A stretch of 64,000 bases of DNA from Carcharhinus longimanus (lineage: Eukaryota). Positions 12,830 to 23,400 of this stretch are shown piece by piece. The position numbers and the translations under genes are program-made. The stretch is from the NCBI GenBank assembly GCA_030264375.1, contig JASCQW010000032.1, positions 4,119,376 to 4,183,375 on the forward strand, written 5' to 3'. Under the pieces are notes generated by a model. The model was not told the origin of the DNA. It saw nothing but the letters and a program-made list of their open reading frames with translations, and did not search any database. Each line of letters opens with the position of its first letter. Within the stretch, counting starts at the first letter, position 1.

Positions 12830-13012
12830 TGATCAGGCAGAAGAGAAAGACCAAGACGACAGTAATGCTAAAGGCTTTAATCACTTGATTTCACTCTTGC
12901 AACTACCAACTCAAATACTGACAATGCAGATATCTTAGAGCAAGCTTGACTAAGGCTTGGTCCACAGGTCAGCTGGGGCACGTGAGGCATTTTCATGTGA
13001 CCTGCCACATCA
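12830..13012 (-). mobile_element. Possible short solo LTR
   Basis: TGAT...ATCA termini; ATTAAA plus GT-rich tract near the minus-strand 3' end; no target-site duplication found. Confidence 0.3.
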
Positions 13013-13047
13013 TTGTCACGTGGACAGTTGTCCAAATCCAACAACAT

Positions 13048-13222
13048 CCCCGACAAAATAATAAAAACTGTTTGGAACCTGTTCATCCAATCACAGGCTG
13101 GTTTCTCTTGCATTGGCTGCTGCTAGGCAGCCACTGGTAAGCTAATTAGCCGCCAAAATATGGAGAAACCAGCCTGTGATTGGACGAACAGTCCCTGAAC
13201 ATTTTTTATTATTTTGTCAGGG
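13048..13222. repeat. Long inverted repeat (foldback / MITE-like)
   Basis: 13079-13107 vs 13163-13191 match 28/29 as reverse complement; outer arms 13048-13072 vs 13198-13222 also pair. Confidence 0.85.
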
Positions 13223-13544
13223 AAGTTTGTGGACGAACTTCCGGCATCAGTTTCTGGCTAAGTTTTTAAGCTTGCAGTGGAAAGGTAAATTCAGTGGAAA
13301 GCTGGCAAGTGGGTGGGGGTGAATGGGAGAAATTGAGTGGACAGGCGGGGGTAGGTGGGATGGTGACACCGGTATAAGTGAGCTGAGAGGCATGACACCA
13401 GAGCGAGCGAGTAAGCTGTGGGGCTGGAAGGGGGAGAACCTCAGTCTGGACATGGCCCCAGCCTCGGTGAGCCCACAGAGAATGAGCTCCAAGCATACTA
13501 GAGGGACAGTGAGGTCCAAGGAAGGTAAAGTCCAGGGGGTTGTG

Positions 13545-13798
13545 AGAATGACTGAGTGTGTTTGTATGTGTGCATGAGTGAGAATCTCACTGAGCAAGTG
13601 TGTGGAGGGGAGTCCAAGAAACTGAATGAATATGTGGAGAAGAGCGTGAGAAACTGAGTGATTGAGTGTGTGTGCAGAGGGGATTGCAAGTGACTGAGGA
13701 ACTGTGTGGAGGGGAGTGCAAGGGACTGAGCAACTGAGTGTGTGTAGAGGGGAGTTGGAGAGATGGAGTATAGGGAGGGGGGAGTGCAAGAGACTGAG
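13545..13798 (+). repeat. Degenerate GA/GT-rich minisatellite running into an assembly gap
   Basis: Recurrent actgagtgtgt / gtggagggggag motifs. Confidence 0.7.
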
Positions 13799-14211
13799 NN
13801 NNNNNNNNNNNNNNNNNNNNNNNNNNNNNNNNNNNNNNNNNNNNNNNNNNNNNNNNNNNNNNNNNNNNNNNNNNNNNNNNNNNNNNNNNNNNNNNNNNAG
13901 TGGACATTTGGGAAGGTTGGAAACGCTTAAAGTCACCAGTCTCCTTTTTTAGTATCTAGTGAAGTGATTTAAGAAAAAATACAGATCATGTATGTGTGAC
14001 GAATACACATGTTTGAAAAAGAAAATTGCGTTTCAGTCTTACCAGATAATGGACTGGACCTTGCTGGAAAACTAATGGTGTACATCATAAAGTACAAATT
14101 AAGCAGCATGTTCTGGGATCTTGCTGATCGTTTTATGCAAGTTCATTGTTTGCTTTGCACAAACATCTTTTTTTTTGAAAAACCTGCAGGTCTTCACATT
14201 TGCTCACTTTT

Positions 14212-14550
14212 TTTCTTTCATGGGATGCGGGCATAAACTGGCAAGGCCAGCATTTGTTGCCTATCCCTAATTGTCTTTGAAACAGGATGGCTTGTTGGCC
14301 ATTGCAGAGGACAATTAAGGGCCAATCACATTACTGAGGGACTGAAGTCACATAGGCAGAACCAGATGAGATGGCAGATTGCCTTCCTTGAAGGACATTA
14401 GTGAATCAGGTTTTTTTTAATTTGACAGTGAATGATAGTTTTGTGATCATCATTACTGAGGCTGGTTTTATATTCTAGATTAACTGAATTGAAATTCCAC
14501 CAGCTGTCATCGTGGGATTACTAGTCCATGACATTACCACTCCATCTCCC
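14212..14550 (-). mobile_element. tRNA-derived SINE with a LINE-shared 3' tail (second shark SINE family)
   Basis: catgggatg...ggcaaggccagcatttgttgcctatccctaattg tail and gaaggacattagtgaa core; other copies at ~27900-28175 (+), 32885-33160 (-); tails only at 34500-34600 (+) and 43820-43945 (-). Confidence 0.7.
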
Positions 14551-15216
14551 CTTGTTAAACTGTTTTAGAGTGCAAAACCTCTTTTACAAGAGTGTAATAA
14601 TTGTTAATACAATTCCAATCAATCTTTCTGACACAGAATTGAAACACTTTAAATTATTCAATTTCTTTTTTGCATCTCATTGAATGTTAAAGATTTTGAA
14701 AATTATTTCAGTTGTTTGGGACTCCTTTCTCATTTCCTTCAATTCCTTTTTTTTTGTCTTTTGTGACCTTAATTTATTTTTCTCTATCTGGTTTTGATTC
14801 TTAATTCATCCTCCCTTATTGTACCTTTTTCTTTCTCAATCGTTAAGTTAGCAAGATGGACAGTTGGCCCCAGTGTTTACTGTAGTCCCGGATACACCTT
14901 GGCGAATGCCACACCGTTAAAAGCTGACATTTCCAGCAAGCTGCATTGCAAAAGTTTTTCTAACTGAAGGTTGCAGAAGGGTTTAGTTGATGGGGCGCAG
15001 TGTGAGATGTCGTGCTTCAGCATGATCTGGCCTATTCTGCGGTCAGGCTGTTTCCCTTGTCAAATTGTCCACAGAAGTCAACTAACATGTACTATGTGAC
15101 ATTTTTTATTGTGTCATTTTACTCCCCTGTAAAACATATCTATGTTCAGTTGGTCATGTTATTACAACTTTGTGGGTCTAACTAATGGAAAGTAAAATAC
15201 AGTTTGAAGGAGGCCT

Positions 15217-15365
15217 ATTTTTAGTGTGCTGCTTTGTCATCATGTGAATGAAGACCAAATAGACAGTGGATCACAGCTGCAGTTCACGAGTGACTTGTGA
15301 ACTGCAGTTGTGATCCACTGTCCATCAGGTCTTCATTTACATGACAAAGCAGCACACTAAAAAAT
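15217..15365. repeat. Near-perfect 149-nt palindrome / hairpin
   Basis: atttttagtgtgctgctttgtcat...gttcacgagt-g-acttgtgaac...atgacaaagcagcacactaaaaaat, centre at 15292. Confidence 0.92.
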
Positions 15366-15478
15366 CTAACCCTGAAAAGTCCTAAATAGGTGTTCAATTG
15401 GGCTTCCCAAGAATTTTCACTGATTTGTATGTATTGCAAATATCCTGGTTAACCTCAGCAAAACCTTTCTCTGTTTAG

Positions 15479-15679
15479 ACACTCCCATGCCTCGTTAGGA
15501 TGTGCAGTAAAGAGAGGCTGCTGGAGGAACGGGTGGAAGGTGCTGAAACCTTGGCATATCTGATAGAACCTGATGTCGAGTTGCAGAGGATTGCCAGCAT
15601 CACAGATCATCTTATTGCGATGCTCGCTGACTACTTTAAGTATCCAAGTTCTGTCAGTGCAATTACAGATATCAAAAGA
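15479..15679 (+). CDS. ARMC8: ARMC8 exon (~11): [67 protein letters not shown]
   Basis: tttag acceptor, gtaagt donor; 201 nt; essentially identical to the mammalian protein as recalled. Confidence 0.98.
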
Positions 15680-16502
15680 GTAAGTTTCTTAACTTGACTG
15701 GGAGATTTTCACAGTAACTTTAATAAACTTTTGTAAATTTATTAACGTTTTCAGTAATGTTCAGTATAATGAAGTAAATAAATAGTTGCAGTATTAGTCT
15801 TGATGAGATCCATAATAAAGCCAGCCGTGTTCATGATTTTAATCTAAACAATTGCACAGTAGTAAATTTAGTGTCCCCTAGCATTTCATATTTCTATTGC
15901 TTTTGTGTTACTCTTACTAACAAAGATCAGCCACAGAGCAGTGACCTGCAATTTAATTGTTCCGCTGCTGCCTTCAAATTAACATCACATCAGTGGGACA
16001 TAGACATTGGGTTTTTTCCACTATCTCCAGGAGATGGAGCCCTCACTTCAAAAAAAAACTACCCCTTAGTTATTATTGATAATCTTCAATGAATCTTCAG
16101 CAAAAACAGCTGTTTGAATTACTTGTGCCTTGCAGAGATGGGACATAATATTTTAGTGTTACACTCCAAAACTGGCGTTTATTTACTGCAATTAATGCAC
16201 TATTGTTACGTGCAATGTCAGCGAAAGATCTGATTTTGCCAGTAATGTTTAGTCTTATTGTAGCTTGATTTCGAAGTTTAAATTGGAAATCTTTTATTTA
16301 TGATGGTCCTCTTAAGGCAGTTATTAAAAATGGATAATTGCTAAAGAATTGTTTGATATTTTAAAAATAATTTTAATGCATGGATGCAATAATATTGTTT
16401 GAATGTTAATTCAATTTTGTGTCCTGCTATCTGTTTTATTGATTGATTATTGCAACTGCTACAAAAGTACTTCAATTTTTTGTCTTTCCTAATATCCTTC
16501 AG

Positions 16503-16598
16503 CTTGACCACGACCTCAAACATGCTCATGAACTTCGCCAAGCTGCATTCAAGTTGTATGCCTCCCTTGGAGCAAATGACGAAGACATCCGGAAGAAG
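16503..16598 (+). CDS. ARMC8: ARMC8 exon (~12): [32 protein letters not shown]
   Basis: ttcag acceptor, gtgagt donor; 96 nt. Confidence 0.97.
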
Positions 16599-16664
16599 GT
16601 GAGTCTGGGAGAGGGGCGTCCCCCGGTCCTGGCAACCAACAGGCAGGGAGTGACGTCAACCTGA
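16599..16664 (+). CDS. ARMC8: Alternative C-terminus of the short isoform ARMC8-beta (read-through of the exon-12 donor): [21 protein letters not shown]
   Basis: In-frame continuation past the gtgagt donor to TGA 16662-16664; GC-rich relative to the surrounding intron; close to my recollection of the human beta tail [21 protein letters not shown]. Confidence 0.85.
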   Translation: MSLGEGRPPVLATNRQGVTST

Positions 16665-17058
16665 GAACAAGGTGAAGAGAATTAACAGTGACTTTACGAA
16701 AGAGCATAATCAGATCTGAAGAATGAATGGGATTGACACTCATTTGTCTAGAGAAATGAGTTGTGACGTGTTCATGTTGGAATGACAAGTACTGGTGTTT
16801 CCTGTGTTGAACCTGCACCGGATCCTTAAATTACATTCTTTGCATGAGTTCGTAACAGTAGTAACAAAATAAGCACTGTGAAGTGTAGTGTATAGTACTG
16901 ACTCACATAATGCAGTAGTACTGTAATGCCAGTTATATAAATGCTTGCCTACCTATCTGCTGCAAACCGGAAGTACTCAGCTTCTGTTTCTGTATCACTT
17001 TTAATTTGTGGCCTGCTGATGTGTTCATTTGTGTTGCTGATGTGCAAGTTTAATTGTA

Positions 17059-17064
17059 AATAAA
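17059..17064 (+). terminator. Candidate intronic polyadenylation signal (AATAAA) for ARMC8-beta
   Basis: AATAAA about 395 nt after the beta stop codon, followed by a GT/T-rich tract (gctggtagcttgttttct). Confidence 0.55.
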
Positions 17065-18277
17065 GCTTTGTGCAATGACATTGCTGGTAGCTTGTTTTCT
17101 GAATCTACAGTAAAGCAAAACACTGTTTCCAGATAACTTGAATAATGGCATTTAAAATGTAGTTGAATTTTTAATCCGTACACAGTGAGTGATAAGCCCA
17201 GAATGGCATCTTACCGTATCTCAAATAAGGGAGAACCGTGTTGTGATGCACATGTACCCATCAAGACTGAGAGCCACTAATGCTGGAAAATATGCATGCT
17301 TCCATATTGTCTGGAAATGTGATTGAAATGCCAACTTAAGAGTGTCCTTTTCCTGCAACAATGTGGTGTAATCAGTCTCATTTATTTCCTGTATTCTTTG
17401 TGAGCAAGATTGTCAAATTTAACAAAGTAATGCTGTGGACTTTGAAAAGAGTCTGCTCACGTTAATTTCCCCCTCCAGCAGTTGTCATCTCTGATTTAGA
17501 GTGAGGTCCTAGTATCTCACTGATTTGTTTAAAATCATTTCAGTTTTTTTAAATTTCAGGTTCAAAATACAGGAAATGGCATTTTGACCTTTTTTGTTCG
17601 CAAATTGCAACTTTGCAATCATCAGTTTCTAACAAAAATGAGTTGCCTACAGGAATAATAAATTAGGATGAGCAAATCGTAGATATATCAGAATTGGATC
17701 TTGGAGGTGAACAGACCTAATGCTAAACATGTAGACCCCCAATCTGTTGTTCTGTGAGTCTCCATTGTGCTTTTTCTGTGCTGGTTATGTTTGGTACAGA
17801 GAGAGTAATATTTAAGTATTGGTCAGGGCACCTGAAATGCCTTATTTATATAAAATGACTTTCATTGTGAGCAGTTACTACAAGTGTGTTTTTCAGCACC
17901 TTTGGGCAGAATTTGAGGATGCTTAAATTAATTGAGAGATAGGTGGGAGAAAGTGAAGAACATCCTTTTAAACAATTTTGAGATTAGAAAGCACCTACTG
18001 CACTAGAGGCTTTTGCGCAGTTATAGTGAAATCATTGTTATACCATGGTTCTTTTTTGTAATATTGGTGTAAAAGTATTTTAAGTTAACTTAATTAACTC
18101 AAATTATAGACTCAATGCTCAGGAAAAGGCTCTTTGCCCCACTTGCGCTGGCTCTACGTCTCCAGGTCTTGCTGTTCCTACATCCACTTTCAAATTTTAC
18201 TATTGTTATATTGTCACCTCATTCGTCCTGCTAAAGTGAATTATTTCACACTTCTGTGTTAATTTTTAAAAATACTT

Positions 18278-18800
18278 GTTCATGGAATGTGAGCATTGCT
18301 AGCTAGGCCAGCATTTGTTGCCCATTGTTAATTGCCCTTAAGAAGGTGATGGTGAGCCACTTTCTTGAACGTTGCAATCCTTATGGTGTGAATGCACTTA
18401 GTGGGGAGCTCAAAGTTTTTGACCCAGTTACAGTGAAGAAATATGCTGATATGGTGCTGTCAAGGTGATGTATGGATTGGAGGAAAACTTGTAAGTAGTG
18501 GTGATTGTATGCATTTGCTTCACTTGTGTTATGTGGTGGAAGTTGCGAGTTTGAAAGGTGCTGTCAGAGGAGCTTTGGTGAGTCATTGCAGTGTATATCT
18601 TGTCTATGGCACACACTCCTGCAACTGTATGCCAATATTGCTGGGAGTGAATGTTTTAAGGTGGTGGCTGGGTCAAGCGGGTTGCTTTGTCCTGGGTAGT
18701 GTCAAGTTCTTTGTTGCTGGAGCTGTGCTTCTCTATTCCATCACACTCTTGACTTATGTCTTATAGATGGTGAACAGGTGGGAAGTTGAGGTGAGTTGCA
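18278..18800 (-). mobile_element. CR1/L2-group LINE 3' end
   Basis: Same 3' tail as the SINE at 14212; homologous to 41090-41560. Confidence 0.7.
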
Positions 18801-19710
18801 TTTGCCCAGTTCACCAGCCTGTGTTCTCCAGACAATTGCCCTCACCTGCTTTTATGCCATTTGCAAACTTTGAAATTTTGTCCCATACGAATCCCAATTT
18901 CAGGGTATTAATATATATCTAAAGGAGCAGAGACCCCAACATCAACCCCTGGGAGACACAACCGCATACTTCCCTTTACTCTGATAAAACAACTGTTGAC
19001 CACTATTCTTGGTTTTCTATCCTTTAGCAATTTTGTATCATCACTGTGTCTTCAATCACACAAACGTTTGCTAACAAGTCTATTACTTGTCTATTGCAAG
19101 ACCCTCGTCAAAAAACTCAATTGTGTTAGTCAAACGCATTCTGCAATTAACACCTGTGCTGGCTATCGTTGGTTAACCCATATTTTTCCAAATGGCAATT
19201 AATTTTGACCTGGATTAATGATTTGTAAAGTTGTATCATCACTGATGCTCAGCTGACTGGCTTGGTAGTGGTCGGATTTCTCTCTCCCTTGTTCCAACCT
19301 TGTTGAAACATTTCAAGAACTACAATCCTCTGACACCCCTTCCATATCCATTAGAGGATTGGGAGATTGTGGCCAGAATCACTACCCACATTTCCCTCAG
19401 CAACCTAGGATGCATCTCCTCGGGACCAGGTGATTTTTGAATTTTGAAAAGTAATCTTTTTATCCTTATCTATGCAATTTCTCTACTACCTTTTGCTGGG
19501 CATTGACAGCATCTGCTCTTTAGTGGAGAAACTGCAACCTGATTATTATGTCAGCCATGCTTCTGCCTCTACCAGAAGATCTCCATTTTGGTCCTCACAT
19601 ATGGCTATCCTCTAAGTATCTGCTTATGCAGGACATTTGGCTTTCTTTTTGTTATCTACTAATCTATTCTCAAGTGCACATTTTGCCCGCTTATTTCCTT
19701 TTATAGTTCT

Positions 19711-19756
<46 letters not shown>

Positions 19757-20410
19757 NNNNNNNNNNCCCCCACATACAATTTGTGTTCAACTTGCCTATC
19801 TACTGAATTATAAATGTGCCATTTATCTTAACCCTCTATCCAGTTTCATTTTTAGCTCTATATCTAGAGTTATCTGGGGGCTTCATCTTTGAAGCATCTT
19901 CTTTTTTTTCTCCCTAGTGGGGATGTGTAGTCTGTACCTGCACCTGAACTAAGCCCTCTTTGAAGGCCTCCTGTCGTAATTTAGTTGCTGGTCTTTGATT
20001 CGCTCCACCAAGGTTAAATACCTTTTTAGCTGATTGAAATGACTTGTCCTTCTGTTTGGCATTTTGATTACCCCCCCAAAAATTAAATGTAATACTGTTT
20101 CCTCACATCTGATTATCAAAGAAACTTTGACCGCCTGTATTAAATCTCTTTCTCCGTAACCATTTCTGCTTGGAGGAAAACAATCCCACCTTCTGTCCTC
20201 TTTCCACATAAATNNNNNNNNNNNNNNNNNNNNNNNNNNNNNNNNNNNNNNNNNNNNNNNNNNNNNNNNNNNNNNNNNNNNNNNNNNNNNNNNNNNNNNN
20301 NNNNNNNNNNNNNTAAATGAATTCTCTCGTTCCTGGTGTTATTCTAATAAATATCAGACCCTACTCCAAGTCATTTGACGTCCTTCCAAAAGCGTGGTGC
20401 CCATCTTTGA
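18800..20410 (-). mobile_element. Old decayed CR1 LINE ORF2 fragments
   Basis: Reverse complement of VPQG..LGSLL (ccccaacatcaacccctggggagacac) and SPGP..MHPR (cctaggatgcatctcctcgggaccaggtga) motifs. Confidence 0.6.
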
Positions 20411-23400
20411 CTTTCCCTAAATATTCATCAATTATTGGTTAAGTTCTGGGAAATAATTTTCACTGGCCCAATTTTTACAATGTCATTTTTAGCATGTTAT
20501 TACAGGAAAATCTTGTTGCCATGATGGATTTTATATCAGCTGACAAAAAAAGTTGGTGAATATTCTACATTTTTGTGATGTGAATTTAATCAACTTCTTA
20601 ATATGTAAGTACGTTTCAGAATAATTGCACAGAAATAAAGTTCAAATTCTGCACTTCATAGAGCTTGAGGCAGTTTTAAAGAAATATGTATGAATGAGAG
20701 ATTTACAAATGAAGACCATATTCCTATATGATTTGAGGATATTGAAATGGGACTTAAATATACCCACCTCTGCAGCTTGTAAATATATTTTAGAACACTT
20801 TTTCACCTTTTCCTTGTGCCTGTATTGTTAATTAACAACAATGTCATTGACCTCCATAGTTCACACTAATGTCCCTTTTGCTACAGTGGGACAGAGAATA
20901 AAATTATCTTTTGCACATTGTATTAATGTAACAAGACAAATTATATTTGTATATGGGCACTGACTTGCATCTGCATAAATGGGAACCAAATCAATTCAAG
21001 GTTCACTTATTATCCTACGCCGTCTTAATCCATTCATTATTCATTTATAAATGATAGGCAGGTGCTCTGCTGCTTATGCTATTGACTGGGAAGTTGAGTT
21101 GTCTAATGGTTACTGCTATTTTAATTCCACCTTCCTCACAAGACAATTTCATTAAAATTTAAAATATACCCATTCTACCTTCACGTACTTGCATTTTGCT
21201 GTCCAATTAGAAAACACTAGCGTTACTGATCATCAATAGCTTTGGCTTACGGTCTTGCTGCCCATGCATTGAGCTTTATTTGTAAGGCCACTGAAAGAAT
21301 ATTGATTTTAAAAAAGGTACGCCTGAAATTTTGCAACAAAAAGACAGTAGGAATTCATATTGCATTCTGCACATTATGAAGGTCTGTCACTTAACAATAT
21401 ACAAAATATTTACAATCCAGAACAAAAGGTCTTGGGCATAATCCTTGAAAAGTACATGCGTATAACACATGCAAAACCTCGAAAGCAAGAGTTTTCACAC
21501 TCTTGTGCGTACTTGTATGCTTGAGAATCTCTGCCGTCTCCTACCCATGGCCTGTGCAGTTACACAACATTAAAATGAGGTCTGTCCTTTGGCTCGGATA
21601 TATTTATGCATGAATCATCAANNNNNNNNNNNNNNNNNNNNNNNNNATTCATGCATAACTATCGATTGCATTACTTGACATACAGAATCAATCCACGGCA
21701 GGTTGACGTTATAATTCTGGGATATTAAAAGAATTAACTGGCACACAGTGCCTAGAATTTTTGGCTATTGAAATAAGGCTTGTTGTTAAGGTCAACATAA
21801 ATTCATTCAGTTCAAAATGATTTGTTTCCACATCTTATTAATTTTAACTAAGAGCTGCCACAGGATCCTTTATCTTGAGCTTGTTCAGAGTTGTTGCCAA
21901 CCTATCGGTTTGTTTTTGATTTATCTTTGCAGTTAGAAAATGAATAGATGTCGTTTTCCAGGGCATCGGTCAGATACTTTCTGCATGAAGTCACCTTTTG
22001 CATCAGGAGTTCTTTTGAATTCTTCCCACCCTTGCTGAAAATGCTTAGTGAGTGTTTTCATTGAGTCCTAGGCCAAATATCAGACGTGACGTAATGCTGG
22101 ATTTTAATCAATTGCAGTATGAGTAAATGGGAATATTTTTAGCTTGGTAGTGAAATCCTGCAGTGGTCTGACATTTTTCCCATTCCAAAGTTGCTTTCTG
22201 GTTTTGAAATAATGTTTTGGTGTTTTTCTTTTTGCTCAATGTGTTCTTTTGTACTATCATAGTCATTACTTTTATTCCTTCAAATAGATAGTTAACCTTC
22301 ATTTTTGCAGTGCTGTAAATTCAAAGGAATCCCTTGTTTGGATCTCTTTTTGTATTTGCAAGCTAAGCTGACAGAGCCTTTTAACAGCTTCAGGTTGGAC
22401 TGTTATTTAGTACATTCAAAATAATATCAATCAAAAAACTTTGGAGCTCCTTTGTTTTGCTGGGAAAAGGTCTCATATTTGGAAGAATTGTCCTCTTTTG
22501 GTAATTTTATGATTTCTTGAAGATTTGTAACCCATCTCATTTCTTAGTAGTGATATTCAGAATAATTGTTCTTCATCAATGTACTTTATTTGATGTTTCA
22601 GCAAAAAGCAATTTCAACAACAATTTTAAAATGCTTTACCTGTTTGAGATTTCAATAGCACAGTGAGTTATTAGACTTGTGTGTGTAAAAATTATTTCAT
22701 GGTGCAATAGTCTTTGAGGTTGTGGTTAAGGTGCATTGTTGGAGCACAGTAGTTGAAAGCCATGCGCTGTACCTCCCTATGTTGTACATGGCTGAGTACA
22801 TCATGCTAAATACTGTTAGAAGTAAAACAAAAGTGTTCTATTCTCCAGCCAGCACCAACATCCTTCACCTTTGATACAAAAAGATTCCCCACAAAAATGG
22901 AATACTCACAATTTCAAAAATAGATTGAGAATTCAGAAGAACATGTTTAATTTTGATGTTGATGTCCTTGTACAGAAAACTTAACTCGGGAGTTAAAGAA
23001 TCAGTTGAAAGTAGGTTGTTGATGCTCAGTTAGTAACTACCATGCCAACTGTTTCCAGCTTAGTTTACAAAAACACATTCTCCTGTGGCTTCCTATGTTC
23101 AGTACAAGTCAAAGCAACAGAAAAATACCAATGCCCTTACAAAAATTGATGCCTTAACTATGAAAGTTAGCGGTATTGCCACAAACATTAGGATTTTAAC
23201 CATTGTTTAATTAGTGATATGATAAAGTGGGAGATGCTGAACGGTTGAACTGATGACCAATATTGCTGCTGGTTACTGCTGTCATTTTAAAGGTTTAAAA
23301 TGCAAATCTATTTTTCTCTCATGGAATTCTGTTGTAAATTTATATTCTTTAAGTTTAAAAAATAAGTACCTTTAGCACATTGTAGATTGGGTCCATTACA

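Noticed and set aside
13247-13936. Longest ORF in the track (229 aa, minus strand)
   Set aside because: Spans an N gap and a low-complexity minisatellite; biased L/S/P/H composition with no domain.
19713-19771. 44-nt poly-G followed by Ns and poly-C (possible G-quadruplex)
   Set aside because: Sits at contig ends on both sides of a gap; most consistent with a short-read poly-G artefact or an unresolved homopolymer.
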